A stretch of 64,000 nucleotides of DNA, taken from NCBI GenBank assembly GCA_002269645.1, contig NIVC01000004.1, positions 372,001 through 436,000 on the forward strand, in the 5' to 3' direction. The notes below the pieces were generated by a model, which ran no database searches, was not told where the DNA came from, and saw only the letters and a program-made list of their open reading frames with translations. The DNA is from Macrostomum lignano (Eukaryota). Of the stretch, positions 46,226 through 64,000 are shown piece after piece. A program made the translations under genes and the position numbers. The stretch's first letter is position 1; each line of letters opens with the position of its first letter.

Positions 46226-46723
46226 GTCTGAGCATGCAGGAGATGCTGGGGTTCTCACAAAAGCTGTGCATTCATGCAACCCTCAGAGCCGTCAGCTCCG
46301 GTCAGAAAATCTCAACAAAAAGGTGCTCAATTCCTTCAATTTGGTGACCTTGCGGATTTTATAAAATCATGGGATTTGTTGCAGGCATGCGAGGAAAAAA
46401 CGTGAGCCTGGACCTCGGAGCCAGGTGAGCACTGTTAGTGGGCGAGAGCGTGCGGTCCGGGCCGGGGGCTGCGGCAGTCTATCATGTTAGCTAAACGGAA
46501 TCCGCAGCCGCACTGGGACTTCACGCCAGCGGGAGCGGCCTGCCATGGACCCCCTAATGAGGGACCGGAACGGGCAAGCGAGAAAGAAAAACAGTCAAAA
46601 TGAAGCGAAACAGTTTTTGATTTGTTCAAGGCAGACATTCATGTTCACGAATGTTTACACGATCTGACTTGCTCGCTTGCAGTCCGGTGCTTCATGTCGG
46701 GAGTCCATGGCCTCTAATTACGC

Positions 46724-63506
<16,783 letters not shown>

Positions 63507-64000
63507 CTGGAGTGCAAATGCAACCCATTTCATCTATAACTAGAATGGATTGCTAGTCTAGCCAACTTGGGTAGTTGATACACTCGAATTTCGAATTTTT
63601 TTATCTCCCGAGGGAAGAATGCGCGACCTTAAAAAAGTTCGAGTACTTCGAACAGCTTATCGTGTTCAGCAGACTGGCTGAGCCGGGTCGCCAGCTTAGC
63701 GACCCCATAAGCCTAATCCTGTTCGAGCAAGCCGGCTCACCGCAGTCAGTCCGTCCCCTCTGCCCCGGCCCGGCTGAAGGGCCAATTCAAACACACCGGC
63801 CCGAGAGAGGCAGGTGAGTGGAATTAGGTTGTAAAGCACTTTTGCCCCAGCCGAGTCCTCACGCTAAAGACCGCCCGGCCTCGCTACAAAACTGAAGGAA
63901 AAAAGTTTGCATTTTAAAAGACGGAGCTTGAATCGGGCGGCTCATTTGACAGCGGGCTGGCGGCGAGGCTGGGTGGATGATGAAGCTGGCGGACAGCCGG

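Overview
Eukaryotic, invertebrate-like genomic DNA with GT-AG introns, GC-rich exons and minisatellite-filled introns. A flatworm such as Macrostomum is a guess from sequence style only. The main feature is a complete Polinton/Maverick-like endogenous virus at 6061-20019. It has ~577-bp terminal inverted repeats (TIRs) and a GATCCA target-site duplication (TSD). It encodes an rve integrase with chromodomain (frameshifted), minor and major capsid proteins, an adenain-like protease, a packaging ATPase and two small core-like proteins. Its interior is tiled by co-oriented ORFs, none recognisable as a protein-primed DNA polymerase or helicase. The left arm instead carries a Fic (AMPylase) gene, ORFans and a divergent TBP-fold ORF, and a TATAAATA motif recurs just upstream of the element's genes. 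An intact THAP/P-element transposon (16075-19563, 8-bp TSD) sits inside its right TIR. Host genes are a PAN+C-type lectin, an S1 serine protease, an unknown 379-aa ORF, a small TM protein, a TSP1+CASPR-type fibrinogen-like protein, a 6-exon Bicaudal-D (+ strand) and a multi-exon GABA-B receptor subunit 2-like gene (- strand, runs off the right edge). Other mobile DNA comprises a decayed RT-RNase H LINE, a 9-bp-TSD non-autonomous DNA transposon, a hAT-type MITE and a tRNA-derived SINE. All homology calls are by-eye motif recognition; no database searches were run.
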